Assembly (NCBI GenBank): GCA_003971905.1
Contig: RSEE01000041.1
Span: 372,001 to 436,000, forward strand
From: Moniliella sp. 'wahieum'
Lineage: Eukaryota
Direction: 5' to 3'
Length of the DNA: 64,000 bases
In this document: piece after piece, positions 49,697 to 61,946 of the stretch
Position numbering within the stretch: position 1 is the first letter of the stretch
How the letters are laid out: every line of letters begins with the position of its first letter
Notes under the pieces: model-generated
What the model was told of the DNA's origin: nothing
Databases searched by the model: none
The model's input: only the letters and a program-made list of their open reading frames with translations
Position numbers and translations under genes: made by a program

Positions 49697-51097
49697 ATGG
49701 CCCCTACGCTGCGTACATTCGACGAGTACACTCCTGGACCAAGGACGAGGACAACAAACTCCGCTCCCTCGTTGCCCAGTATGGCACCGCCCGCGGCAAG
49801 AGCAGCCGCTGGCAAGAACTTGCCGAGCAGCTGCCAGGTCGCAGTGCCAAAAACTGCCGCACTGGTTCTACAGCCTGGATCCTTCTGTCAAGCGCAGTAC
49901 CCCGTGGAGCCCCGACGAAGACGCACGCCTGCAGGCCCTGATGGCCGTGCATGGCAAGCTCTGGTGGCGCATTGCCCAGGACATGGACGGACGCACCGAC
50001 GACCAGTGCGCCGCCCGCTTCCTCAACGTTCTGAGCGTCACCGACCGCCCCTGGAGTGCTGAAGAGGACAGGGAACTGCTTCGCTTCATGCCGAGGTGGG
50101 AAACAAGTGGAAGCAGATTGCAATGCACTTTGAAGGCCGCTCTGCTTTGTCGTGCCGCAATCGGTGTCTCAAGTTCCTCAAACGAGCGCGTGCTGCCAAG
50201 GCCACTGCTGCCTCTGTAGCGTCACGCCCTTCTTGCGAAGGCAGGCAGCGATCCCACTCCCTCCGCAACGAGGCCACCGGACGATCCAACAGTACTTCAT
50301 CTGCGGCTTCCTCTACCTCTTCTTCTTCTTCAACCAGTACAGCCGGCCCTCCTACCCCGGCGAAGCTGGGCCAGATCAGCGTGGCCGGTCCCGCTCCCCA
50401 CTTGTGCTCGGCCTGTGAACAGTGCATCTTCCCCACCGCAGGAAACGTATGTGAGGCAGCACCCCCATTGGAAACAGATGTATTGCCACAGAGGCTGCAG
50501 GATCTGTGGTCGTCCCGACCACTCCAGGACGTACCCGTCGAATTCCCCGCCAATCCGGCCCAGGAAGGGGATAGCATGTTTGGCGCATTGGCCGCGCTGC
50601 GTTGGTTGGGCTTTTGGGGACGCCTTCCTCCGCGTCCGACCTGTACCCACCCTGCCTGCTATCTTGCCGCCTTCCACCGACCCGGCCCTTTGGCTGCCCT
50701 AATGCAGTTGCTTGCTTCCCCCCAGGGCATGTCCGTGGCGGGGTAACCGCGCTTGGCGCTCTCGGCATTGGACTGCCTGGTACTCTTGCTCCTCCCACCA
50801 ATCTTCCCTTGGGTCTCGCTGGCCTTGGGATGGGATCTGTCTGCCTTCTTTACCCCAAGGTATGCCTTCCGTACCACCGGTACCAGAGCCAATGCCTGGC
50901 ATAGGTGGTCTGGGAGCGGCGGCAGGTCTTGCCGCCTTGTTATCCGCCACCCAAGTGGCCCCTGTATCGCTCCGGCCGCCACCCCCGATGCTGGAGCATG
51001 GTCGGCGTTGCACGAGCTAGTACGGCAGATCATACCTGATGCCGGACGCGCACAAATTGCCCTGGATCTGCTCCGATACTTGGCTACTGTGCCCTAA
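49697..51097 (+). CDS. Three-repeat (R1R2R3) Myb DNA-binding protein
   Basis: SWTKDEDNKL...RWQELAEQLPGRSAKNCR; PWSPDEDARL...LWWRIAQDMDGRTDDQCAARF; PWSAEEDREL...GNKWKQIAMHFEGRSALSCRNR (frameshifted). Confidence 0.85.
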
Positions 51098-51823
51098 ATA
51101 ATCCCAGTATGCACTTTCGGTCTTGGCACGAGCGCCTGCTCTTGTACCCCCTCATCCGGTCAGCCCCATTGTTCCCGAACGACTTGCGCCTCTTTTGTTT
51201 TGGTATGTTGCCTTGTTGATCCTTCTATACTTTTTTGTATCCCCTCAAAACGTCATTTTGGCCTCCCTGTAAATGGCACGCCCCTACCGTGGTCGGTTAG
51301 GGGAGGTGCTTGGGAACTCAGTTGTATGATATACTTTTTCAATCGGATATGGAAAACAGATACCAAAGAGAGTGTTTTTGAAGCCAAAAAAGTAACCCCT
51401 CCCCCATTCTTTGCCCTGACTTTATTGACAAGTGTGAAGGTGGTGGTGCAATTGTAACAGTCTTCAAAGACTTATCTGTTGGAGAGTGTGCCGGCACAAT
51501 AATCCGTACCGCAAGAAAAATAGTGGTATGACGCTTTCCTCTCGTGGGGGTTGTCTCGACGCTGCGCAGCTTCGATTTGGCAAGCGCTGTTCTTGCTCGT
51601 GCCAACCCAACCATGCAGAACGTCAGGGTGTAGCCAGCAGGCCAGGACCATCTTCTCCCACCATTCGCGTTCAAAAACCGGTATTGTAGCGAGAAGAGTA
51701 GTTAGTATGAATGAGTGTGGCAGACATGTGAGCGATGAGGCAGCTCCAGGGAAACTCCTTATTAAGGGTTTTCCAGTGTTCAAAACTTGTCGGTCGTCTT
51801 GGTAGCATCATGCCCGTGTTTCG

Positions 51824-52440
51824 TCATGAACTAGCAGTGGGACAAGAATGGCTCTTGAGTGCGTCCTCGGTACTTTCACCGGCGTTCCGGTCACATTCGG
51901 CTTCCTCCGTTGAAGCAGCCCCTTCTCCCGGAGTTTCATAGACGGCGCCGGTGCTTAGCGTCCTCCCTTTTTCCGATAATACCCAAACTTGGCCTCCAAT
52001 GTGTCTGAATTCTTCCTCAAGAAGTGTGGTCCACCTCCATTCCCGATCCTCTGACGAAAGCGCCTGGCCCCATCGCCCGATAGTCCCCCGCCAGTACCCC
52101 TGGTCTTCCTCACTCGCCGCCTCTCGTCCTCTTCTTATATAGTGATCCCTTCTGGAGCGCATACGCTTGAGGATTGGCTCCCATATAGCCTCGTGCAACG
52201 CACGGCTAAACTCAGTGGACCCTATAAGATGTGCGGTTCAAGCGAGAAGAGAGAATAAGACACAGCTGATTGAATTCCCATAGACTGACGAAGAGACCCC
52301 ATGGCAGAAGCGACAGAGACGCGAAGTCCACCGCGCACGTCTCGGGCGACTGGAACCACGGTCTGGCCAGGTGGCATGACTGGTGGTACATCGTACTGCA
52401 CGGGCACGGTTGAGTGTGGCCGAGCGTGGGAGGCGGACAT
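51824..52440 (-). CDS. Hypothetical protein (two ORF pieces joinable by one frameshift)
   Basis: ATG at 52440 (MSASHARP...) continues into ..RALHEAIWEPILKRMRSRRDHY...WTTLLEEEFRH. Protein-like composition, no recognised domain. Confidence 0.35.
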
Positions 52441-53327
52441 GGATGACAGAGCAGGCGACCAAATATGAAAGTGATGGACCGGTTGGGTCCGGTGACCGTC
52501 ACCCGTTATCGGCGAAAGCGGGGCGATGGACGATGTATTTAGACAGCAAAGGAGGCAATTTTTAATTACAGCCTCAGGGGCAAACGATGCTGAGCTTCAG
52601 CGCGCTGCTCCGGCTCAGCGCTCCGGCTGAGCACCTTGCCAGACAACCGGTTCAGTACGTTGCTCCTCCCTTCCACCACCATCACCACCACAGCAACAAC
52701 ATGCCTCCATCAGTGAGCAGGTCCCCACATCTGAGCCCACTGGTTTCGCATGCGGAAAAATGCGCACCTCTGTCCTCGCCATGGGGCCCAGATCTAGTAG
52801 TCCCCAGCACGCCAGTCCAGCAGCTCGGCCCTCCTCCCTGCAGCCGCGGCCAACACCAAGCGATGAAAGCACAGCGGCACTTCCCCCCCATACACGCACA
52901 ACGAAGCACGCCTCGAATCGGTGGAGGGAACTCATCTGGTCTCACAAACGGCACTGGTCCAGCCTCTCTTCCATCTGGCTTGGCCTGCGGCAGGGTCGGA
53001 AGACAAGCCGGTGTCCAAATGGTGGCCTCTTCGCCCGCACTCCAAATCCAGTAATTCAAACAACACCACAATTCTTGGCCACAAAGGTCAGCGACCGATT
53101 CAACTTCATTCCTTCCGCCCTCTACTTCGCTCTCCTCACCTCATTCTGATTCACCATCGCAAGAGATGGTTTATATCTTTTCTGCACCAGCACACTCGCC
53201 TAGCTCAAAAACGACCGCCTGCCTCTCTACTGGGGAATCCACCCAGCCTACTCAGCATACCCTTATTTCCCACGACGACCATATCCTCCCCCATTAACTC
53301 TCAGTACGCCCCCGCATACCCACAATA

Positions 53328-54334
53328 ATGAGGCTCGCCCCACTACCCCGTCTTCTCTGTACTCTTCGCCCTCTTCCAGACCCGAGTTGAGCTCCACTGG
53401 GCTCCCTCTGTCCGATATCAACCTGGAATGTCCTTCCCCCCGCATATTATCACCTTCTCTCTACCCCATGGACGTGGTGCAGTGGGTGGATGGGGCCAGA
53501 GGACTGCTCTTTGCCTTGAGCCAACTACACGCTGCCCTGGGCGACTTCGTCACTGCTGCGCTCACTTGCTGGGGGCCCGATGAGGATTATTGGCTGCGGC
53601 CGTTGGACGCCGTGTTGCTCTCGGCCCCGCCCGTGCTTCGGGACCTCATCGGGTCCTTGGATGAGTTTGACCTGAATGGGCAGGAGGGGGGGCCGTTGGA
53701 GGTGCGGACGGTGGTGCATGCATGCGTGCGAGCAGTGGCGGAGTTTTCGGCGGTACCGACGGCCTTGAAACGGGTGCAACAGTCCCTGTTGCTACCCTGG
53801 CACCAGCCCCGCTTCCCGGGCGAAGACTTGCTTCTGACCCGCCGGCTCATCCTCCAGCTGTATGACTGCTTGGTCGAGCTGGCCAACGCATGGTCCGTGC
53901 TCACATCCGACCGCGAACGCGGTGCGGTCGCAGAGTACCTCAACCGGGGACTCGGTACTTCAGCACTTGCCCCTCCTCCCCAGCTTGGCGACTTGCACGT
54001 GGATCCGAACGGGAATAAGGACCTCGATCCCGGCGAGGCTTGTCGACCATTACCGAGCGTTCTTCTGGCATGGCCCCTTCCTCCATCCTGTCCCATACCC
54101 ATACCCATACTTCTCCATATTCTTCTGTTATTGTACCCTCCAACACGACTGGCAACCTCGTTTCCTATTAACGCCCTGTCCTCCCACTGCGTTTCTCCCT
54201 CATCTGGCGTTCGATCAAGGACATGTTGCCCCAACAAGTGTGGCCCAGTGGCCGTAGACGCTGTTGACACGCCACAGCATGCACATGTCCTGGCGAGTAC
54301 CCATCCCATATACACCGGCGTGAAAGAAGACTGA
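53328..54334 (+). CDS. SOG2-domain (RAM signalling network) protein, apparently without LRRs
   Basis: ARGLLFALSQLHAAL...LIGSLDEFD...VVHACVRAVAEF...DLLLTRRLILQLYDCLVELANAW resembles the helical SOG2 domain (recognised by eye). Confidence 0.6.
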
Positions 54335-57162
54335 AAATGATGTTGTGATTTTGCTATTAGAGGAGTACAAAAGGAGTCTTCCACATCTATCACAGTCGGG
54401 GCTAAGGCGAGGGAGACCAGGGTCGGGACTAGGTCAAGGGTGTAACAATACTTTGTGGGGAAGAAGCAAGAGCAGAAGGCATGGTGCGAAGAGGAAGAAA
54501 CAGGGAAAGTGCGAGACGCTCGCGACAAAGAAATTGGAAATGGGAGCGAGGAGCGAGCTAAGATCAGCCAAACTATGACACCGAACCTGTGCTCCAATTA
54601 CCTGTTTTACATGTTGCCCGCCTCTCGTCTTTGGAAGGCTCGCATTACGCATTATGTCCATTCCACGCCCGTACTTGATCCACACACACCTCACAACCAC
54701 CCGTGCGCTTGTTACAAAATGACTAAGCTCGCTCCAATTTCCAATTCTGCATATCCGCCTGTGTCTCTCTCACCTTTCGCTTCTGTTCTCTGCCCGCTGC
54801 CTTCTGTTTCTTCCACGAACGATCTTGCCTTTCCCTTCGCCTCTGACAGGAGCTTGGTCTCCCTCGTTTAGCCCCAACTGTTGCACATTTTGCCCACATG
54901 ACGACAGAAGAGACTATTGGAGGGATATGCGCAGAGGAGGAGAGAGATGATCGATGACCTCTCTGCCGGTACCTTTTCTCACTGTTTGGTCAATATGTGG
55001 AAGAAGAAAAGCTATATATAGATTGCGCGGAATGTGTGCTGCCTACTGGGCGGACTAGGAGAGGGACTCTAGTGCACAGCTCCGATGCTCTCAAATATAT
55101 ATCGTTTGGTGCCGTGGCGTCTACCGATCTAATCAACAATCATTAATCAACGTTCAACGTGTTTTCAACCACCATCAAATCCGTTCTACGCTGTGGCGCT
55201 GTAGATTAGATACGCTTCTGAGCTTCCGACATCATCGACATCATCGCCCCATTGATGGAGACACATTTAATGTGTCAGCGCTCAGCCTGCAAGCTGCAAG
55301 ACCCTAATAAGCGCTCAGCCCCACCGGCCACCGGATAATGTTTAGGAACAGGGGAACCAGTTTCAACGTTCAACTTTTATTAACACTACCTGCGGGAAGT
55401 ATTTGTGTTGGTTTCCTGACGCCCTCACCTCCTCCAACTCCATATATGAAGACTTGGGCTCCCCACCGCCTTTGTCATTTGATCTCCATCGATTGCCACT
55501 TCGTGTGCTGTGCTCTCCAAGCTCTTTGTAGGGTGTCATTATACACGCTCGCCTGCCAAAAAGGGATTGCATATCAGCCGTTACATGTTACACGTCTCTA
55601 TCACACTCATCGACTCATCACAGCACTGATTTCTTGGCATTAATATCACCCCCCCGCCCAACGTGGTTGTGGCACTATGGAGGGCAGAAGGACGGCGGAC
55701 TATACATCGATCGGCTGCCTATGGATGGGGCCGGGTGGGGATCCGAGCATGCATGATGCATGACCGGGTGACCATAGACCAGGTGGCACCTGATTATCCG
55801 CATCCAAAAAAATACCCCCGCTCTTTCCAGGACTTCCGCGTTGCGCGTTCGCACCTTGGGTCGGATAGCCTACTCGGCTTACAAAGATCTATAAAGCTAG
55901 TCTACCTCAAGCTTCAAGCTTCAAGCCTCAGGCCTCAGGCCTCAAGCTCAAGCGTAAAAGAGCTAAGAAGCGCCTTTTTAAGCGCTTACTTACTTGCTTT
56001 AAGCACCAATGGCTTCCTAGCTTCCGGGCCTTTCAAAACGCTCCAAGCCACCTGTGTTGAAGAGTGTGAGAGTGGCTAGTGATGCTAGTGATGCATGATG
56101 CATGATGCATGATGCATGATGCATGGTGCATGATGGGTGATGCGTGGCTGGGACGTGTGAAACTTGTGAAAGACGACTCCCGGCCATGTCAGAAAACCCT
56201 GTGCCTGAGGCGTTTGCAATCGGCACGGGAGGTCACCGGTCAAGCTTCAAGGATGAATCATCGATGAGCGTGTACCATGAACTCCCAACTGAACCGCCGC
56301 ATCCGGGAAACGGCGGACCGCGTGAGCGGAACGTACACCCAGTACGCGCGTTGAAAAGCATGGCCAGGGTTAGACGTTAGCGCGTTAGCAGGGGCTAGTC
56401 TGTGGTAAGGTAATTTTTCAGGCTGGGAGCGCGCAGCAGGAGTAGCGTGGCGGGTGTGGGATCTGGTCTGAGCAAGTCAATGCATGTGGCTTCTTTCGCT
56501 GGACAGGAATTGAGTAGAGCACTACTACTGAGGACTCCCTGTCCTGAATCGAGGGAATCCTGAGTTGAGTACTGAGTCTGAGTACTACTGAGCTATTCAT
56601 ACTGAGTACGGAGTGGCAGGAGTAGCGCCGAGCGCCTAATAATGGGGGGGGCAGAGCTAGGCAGCAGGGCCCAGCACTAGGGCTCTCAGATCTCGTTGAG
56701 GCCGCTCAGGCACAGCGCCGCAGTGGCCGATTGTCGCCTGCGCGACCCCACATGGCAGAAACTCAGAAACCCACAGCTCAGATGGCACATGTGACATGCG
56801 TCATGTGATGGCTGCCGTGTCACGCGGGTCACGTCTTACACTGGTCTGGTGCCTGCTGCGCTCTAGCCCCTCGCGCGGCGGCGGGTTTGATTGTTTCATC
56901 GTTGCAGTTGGGGCCGGCGCATGCAATGGTTGAGCGTGGCCGGTGAGGCGGTGACCGGTGGCCGGTGACCGGTGAGCGCCCTGTCAGGAAAACTGGCAGC
57001 GAGCCACGAGCCACGAGCACCCGTCCTGGCCGCTGTCTTCCTCCACGCCCACACCCACGCCCACCGCATCCATCGCCCCTCGCTCGCCACCTCCGCTGTG
57101 CGCTCCCCCGCGCCACCACCACCACCACCGCCGCCGCCGCCCCCCCTCCGCCCCCGCCCACC

Positions 57163-59524
57163 ATGCCCTCGTCTGCGACCAGCTCCCCGCTCGTCTCGAA
57201 CCGCATGATGAAGTCGGGCGCGCGCAACCGCCCCTACGCCAAGGTACGTTGCTCGCCCCTGCCTGCCCGCCCCCCCAGCTGCGCTCCTGATCCCTGACCC
57301 CCCCCCTCCGCACAGGACTTGCACGATCTCTTTGCCACCCTCATCGTCTCCCTCCGCCTCACCACCCACCGCACCCTCTTCCGATCCTACCCCTACACCT
57401 TTACCACCGACGAAGCCGTCGCCAATCTCAGTGCCCTCAAGTTCTCCCAGTCCTCCCGCCAGCCCGACCCCCAGGACCCCGCCGCGTCATCACCACCACC
57501 ACCACCACCACCTTCACCATGAACCGCGACATTGCCAAGGACATCTGCCAGCATTTTCTTGACGCCCATCTGGTCCAAAGCTCCTCCGATCTCGGCCTGC
57601 CTGCCTTCCGCGACAAGGGCATCTGGTCCTTGACACCCAAGGGCTACTGTATCCTAGAGCGCTTCGTGTCGGTCAATGGCATTTCTGCTGACCATCTCCA
57701 ACCTGCCATGGAAGCCCATCGCCCCCCCATCCGCCTTGTCTTTCTCGACCGCCGTGCCGCAGACGATGAAATCAATATCCGCCTGCCCCTTCTCGACTCG
57801 CTCTTCCGCCGCTTTGCCGGCGTACAAGCCAACTACCCCAGCAGCGAGGCCCAGCATGGCACTCCTTCTTTTTCCCCTGAATATGGCTTTTACTCCCCCA
57901 CCTCCACCCCCGTTTTCCCACCCGACCCTACTTTTGATCGTTCGCGCGGCATCGAGGTAGTCGATGTAGTGGAGCGCTTGAAGAATGGCGAGACGCACCT
58001 GACCAAACATGCCTTTAGCGCCTTGAGTGCCATCGACTGGCTCATTGACTTTACCTCTGTCTGTGCCCGCGACGAAGCGGCGGAGCTGCTGGCGCACTTT
58101 GAACGGCTCGACCTGATCAAGCTCATTGCCGACAAGATCCGCCCCATCGCACCCGTCCCGACCAACAAAATGACTCGGACATTGCCACCGTACGCGGCGC
58201 CGATGTCGGCGGCATGATTACCGAGGGCGAGTTCCGTTGCCACTACAAGTCCATTTATGCCTTGACCGACCGAGGGCGCGAGGTGGCGCGATGGGAGGGA
58301 TTTTACCGCAGGCCCTCCCCTCAGTCGAGTACCCCGACTGCCTCCACCTCCACGCCACCTGGCCTGGCCAGTGGGATAAGACACGGCCTCGCTGCCCCCC
58401 CCTCCAGTCTTGACGAAGCGAGGTCTTCGGTAGAAGATGATACGGGCTCGCTCCATTCCATGGGGAGCAAGGGTCGAAAGTCCGACCTTTCCTCCCGTGT
58501 CGGCTCGGGCTCCCGTCCTGGCAGCGCCTCGGCCGAGAGGGCAAGTGGATCCGGGGGCAGTGGGACACGTACCAGCGTGACAGCATCCCGGGATCAAGGC
58601 AGTCGAAACCGCCTTCGTCAGATCTTGGCCGATCCATCCTTGTGCTCCCTCTTCCAAGCGTATCTGCGCCGCAACTTTTGCGAGGAAAACTTATCCTTCT
58701 ACTTGGATGTGCAAGATTTTAAACACCGCTTCTCCACCACTTCCTCCGCCTCCGCCGTCCGACCTTCGACGGCGGAGCGGCACCACCACCATCACCAAGA
58801 TAAAGCGCAACCCCGTGGTGCTCGCTTTGTCCCCAGCAGCTGGCTGCTCAAGGCCACGGGGCCCGATCCAGCGCCGGCGCCGGGCGAGCCGTCAGAGCCG
58901 AACGACGATTCGATCCTGAACCAGTCGATGAGCGCTATGGAGCGCCACCACCTGGATCTGATCGTCATTGCCTTTCTCATCTTCAACACTTACCTTGCGC
59001 CCGGTGCGCCTGCGGAGCTGAATCTCGAGCATTCCCTACGCACGGAACTATTGGCGTATATGAACAAGACGGCGCCACAAGCGCTGCAGCACACCTCGCG
59101 TGCGTTGGTCGATGAATCCGTTTCATCCCGTACCAGCAGCCCTTCCCGCTCGGCCCGCGACCCAGGCACCAACGCGTCAGCCCTGGCTGCTATCGAGCTT
59201 GGGTTTCCTCAGGAGGAAACCCAAACAAGGAAGAAAGTGCCGGTCTTGTCGCTGGAAGAACGGAAGAAACTAGTGCTGAGCAAGGTGAGTTCATCGGGCC
59301 AACTGTTGCATGCGTCCCAGCTGCAAACCTTGCTCCGACTTTATTCCAAGATCCAAGATCACATCTTCCACCTCATGGCCACCGACTCGGTCCCGCGTTT
59401 CGTGCGTGATCCCACCTTCTTGCGGGCCACCGAGGCGTCCGCACGCGAGGCATACGGCCTGCCCCCCGAGGTGCTCGACTTGCTCGAACTCGATACGCTG
59501 CGGGACAGTTTGCCCCTCGCTTGA
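57163..59524 (+). CDS. Regulator of G-protein signalling, Sst2/Rgs1/FlbA type (DEP domains + C-terminal RGS)
   Basis: RPYAK|DLHDLFATLIVSL.L.THR..FRSYPYTFTTDEAVANL (intron ~57244-57316); AKDICQHFLDAHL; IWSLTPKG; RLRQILADP.L.SLF..YLRRNFCEENLSFYLDV; IFNTYLAPGAPAELN; LMATDSVPRF. Confidence 0.92.
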
Positions 59525-60215
59525 CCCTTCTCCTCTTCCCATCTCCCCGCCATCTTTCTCTCTCTCCACTCTCTTTCTCCCCACCATCCTTCTCCTCGCC
59601 ATCTTCTTCCCTACCCTCGATTGACCAATGGGGTTTGGGCACCACCTGTTGCAGCGTTCGGGCCCATCCCCTTGACTCTTCTCCCCACTCCCACTCCCAT
59701 CGCCCTTGCCCCCTTCCCCTCGTTTTGCCGGCGCCTTGGAGCTCCCCACCCTGCTCGGACGACTTGCAATGTTGCCCGGGTCCCCGTAGCAGCAGCTGCT
59801 TGCTGCACGCCTGGCCCATGTAATCTGTCGCACTCCACGCCCCCTTTTCCTCTGGCCTCGCAGGTGGGGGCGATGGTATTTGGTCCCGTTATTTTCTGCA
59901 TTCCGCATTCTGCTCTAGATCCGACTGCCCTGATGCCCTCATGACTGGATGACCAGACTGCCCACCAGCGGCGAAGCGCGGCGTCGCAAGAAGCAGAATC
60001 CGATGTAGGGGCCATTGAATATTTATTGAGCTCGAGAGAGGAAGCCGCTTAGGTAAGCCCGCTGGGAACCTCATGCGGCGGCCACGTCCACGTAGCCATC
60101 CCCTGCGGCACGCCGGCCTGGCCGGGTGCGCTCGCGCCTGCCTCGCCCGCCGCGCCGCGCCCTCCCCCTCGCCATCTCCATCGCCACCGCCGCCACCGCC
60201 ATCCCCACCACCACT

Positions 60216-60621
60216 ATGGGCCTTGCCTTGCCACCGGCCGTGCGCAGTGTGCTGGAGGGTCACATCGACCTGCCTGCCCAGCAAACCGTGGAGAGGTGGC
60301 AACACCGCGCCCTGCTGGCCTTTGGGGTACGCTGCTTGCTGCCCCCTGCCCCGCGCAGTGCGAGAGAGTGTGGACTGACGGTGGGTTGTACAGGTACTGG
60401 CGTTTGCCATTGGCTTCTGGTTCCAGTCGTTGGCGGTGACCCTGGGGGTGTACGCGTGCGGAACAGTGGGCGTTCTGCTGGTGTGTGTCCCGCCTTGGCC
60501 CATGTACAACACGTACGACACCCAGTGGGCCGCGCCCCCTCCCCCCCCCGCCCCTCTGGAGTCCCACCCGCCTTCCCCCCCCCCCCGCAGCACATCCACT
60601 TCCACCCCCGCCTCCACCTGA
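60216..60621 (+). CDS. SPC1: Signal peptidase complex subunit 1 (SPC12/SPCS1)
   Basis: LEGHIDL.AQQTVE; intron ~60327-60393 (GTACGC..CTGAC..CAG); two hydrophobic segments; VPPWPMYN...W. Confidence 0.85.
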
Positions 60622-61946
60622 CTTCGCAGCTTGGGTGCACGGTTGCGCGCGCAAGAGGGGCGCGCGGACGGTTACGAGTACGCGGTGGTCCCGTAGCTAG
60701 TCAAGCGGGGTACCGCGGAACTGCTGTCCGAGGCCCTGGGACGGCCTTGTGGGACACTGTGATGAGGCTGGTGAATTTTGGGTGGGACACTGTCGTACCC
60801 TACTTTCCTCGTCTTTCTGCCGTGCCTCTGGCGGCCAGCAAAGATGCACGATCCATGTCGCTCCTTGGGCTTCTTCACGCGGGCCTGAGCGGCGAGGAAC
60901 TTGGTGGAGCAATCAACGATTCACACTTGGCTTGCTGCCATAGTGGACCGGGATGACTGGGATGGCCGGTATGGCGGACTAAGAGCGTACCTGCTCAAGG
61001 CACGTAGCAGCCGAGGATCTTAGCAGCCCCGGTCTCCTTCTCTCTGAATGTATATAGGCCGTTGCTTGCAAGACACACGGCTCCGGAGGAGAGGTGGGGG
61101 CAACACGAGCAAGAAGGCGACCCAACCAAAGCGGTATAAACAGCGCCGGGGCATGATCTCAATATGCTTGTTCACCCTGGCTTTGGGTCGGCGGGTCAAG
61201 CAATCTCGATTGCCAGAGTCAAATGAACCAAGACGGGTGGGGCGAAGTCATTCGTGCTGTGCACAAGAGTCTTGCATGGACCAAAAGCGATGATCGCCAA
61301 GGGACGAGTGGCTTCCAGCGCGGTGTGAGCCAAGGGGTGTCCCAAGAAAAGAAGCAAAGCAGACGCCCTCGGCGCGGCCCCGTCTGTTGCCACCCCCTCA
61401 CCTGGAAATGTGGGGCGCTCAGGGGGATGTGTCCCTTCTTCTGATGGTGCTCGTCCCAGAAGCGCTCAACACAGACAGCCAAAATCAACTCGCTGTTACC
61501 TTCAGACGTCAGCATCAGACATCCAAGCTCAGACTGAACGCTCTTCCAAGTTCACTATAAGGCCTGCCCACGCTCCCCGTTCGCGAGCTGATTGATATCT
61601 ATTACACCCACAATCGCCCCTTTTCGGTCCACTTGCACCCCTCGCATCTCTACCGAGAGCCCAGCATCACCGGATCAACTGAACCTTCACGTTCTCCAGT
61701 AGTTCGTGGTTTAGAATTCTCGTACAGTAAAAATTCTGTTATACATCGCCTGTCAGTGCCCCTTCACGCACTAAACATCAGACTGCAATTCTCGCCCCGC
61801 TCATGCCTTGAGCGCGCTGAGCCATTTATCTTAGTCTACATACCTTTACACCAACTATGTTCGCAGGTTTGAAGGAAAGGCACATGAATCCACCGAACTT
61901 GACAGAACATGAAGGCCAACGGGAAAACAAAGACGACCGACTCGGC

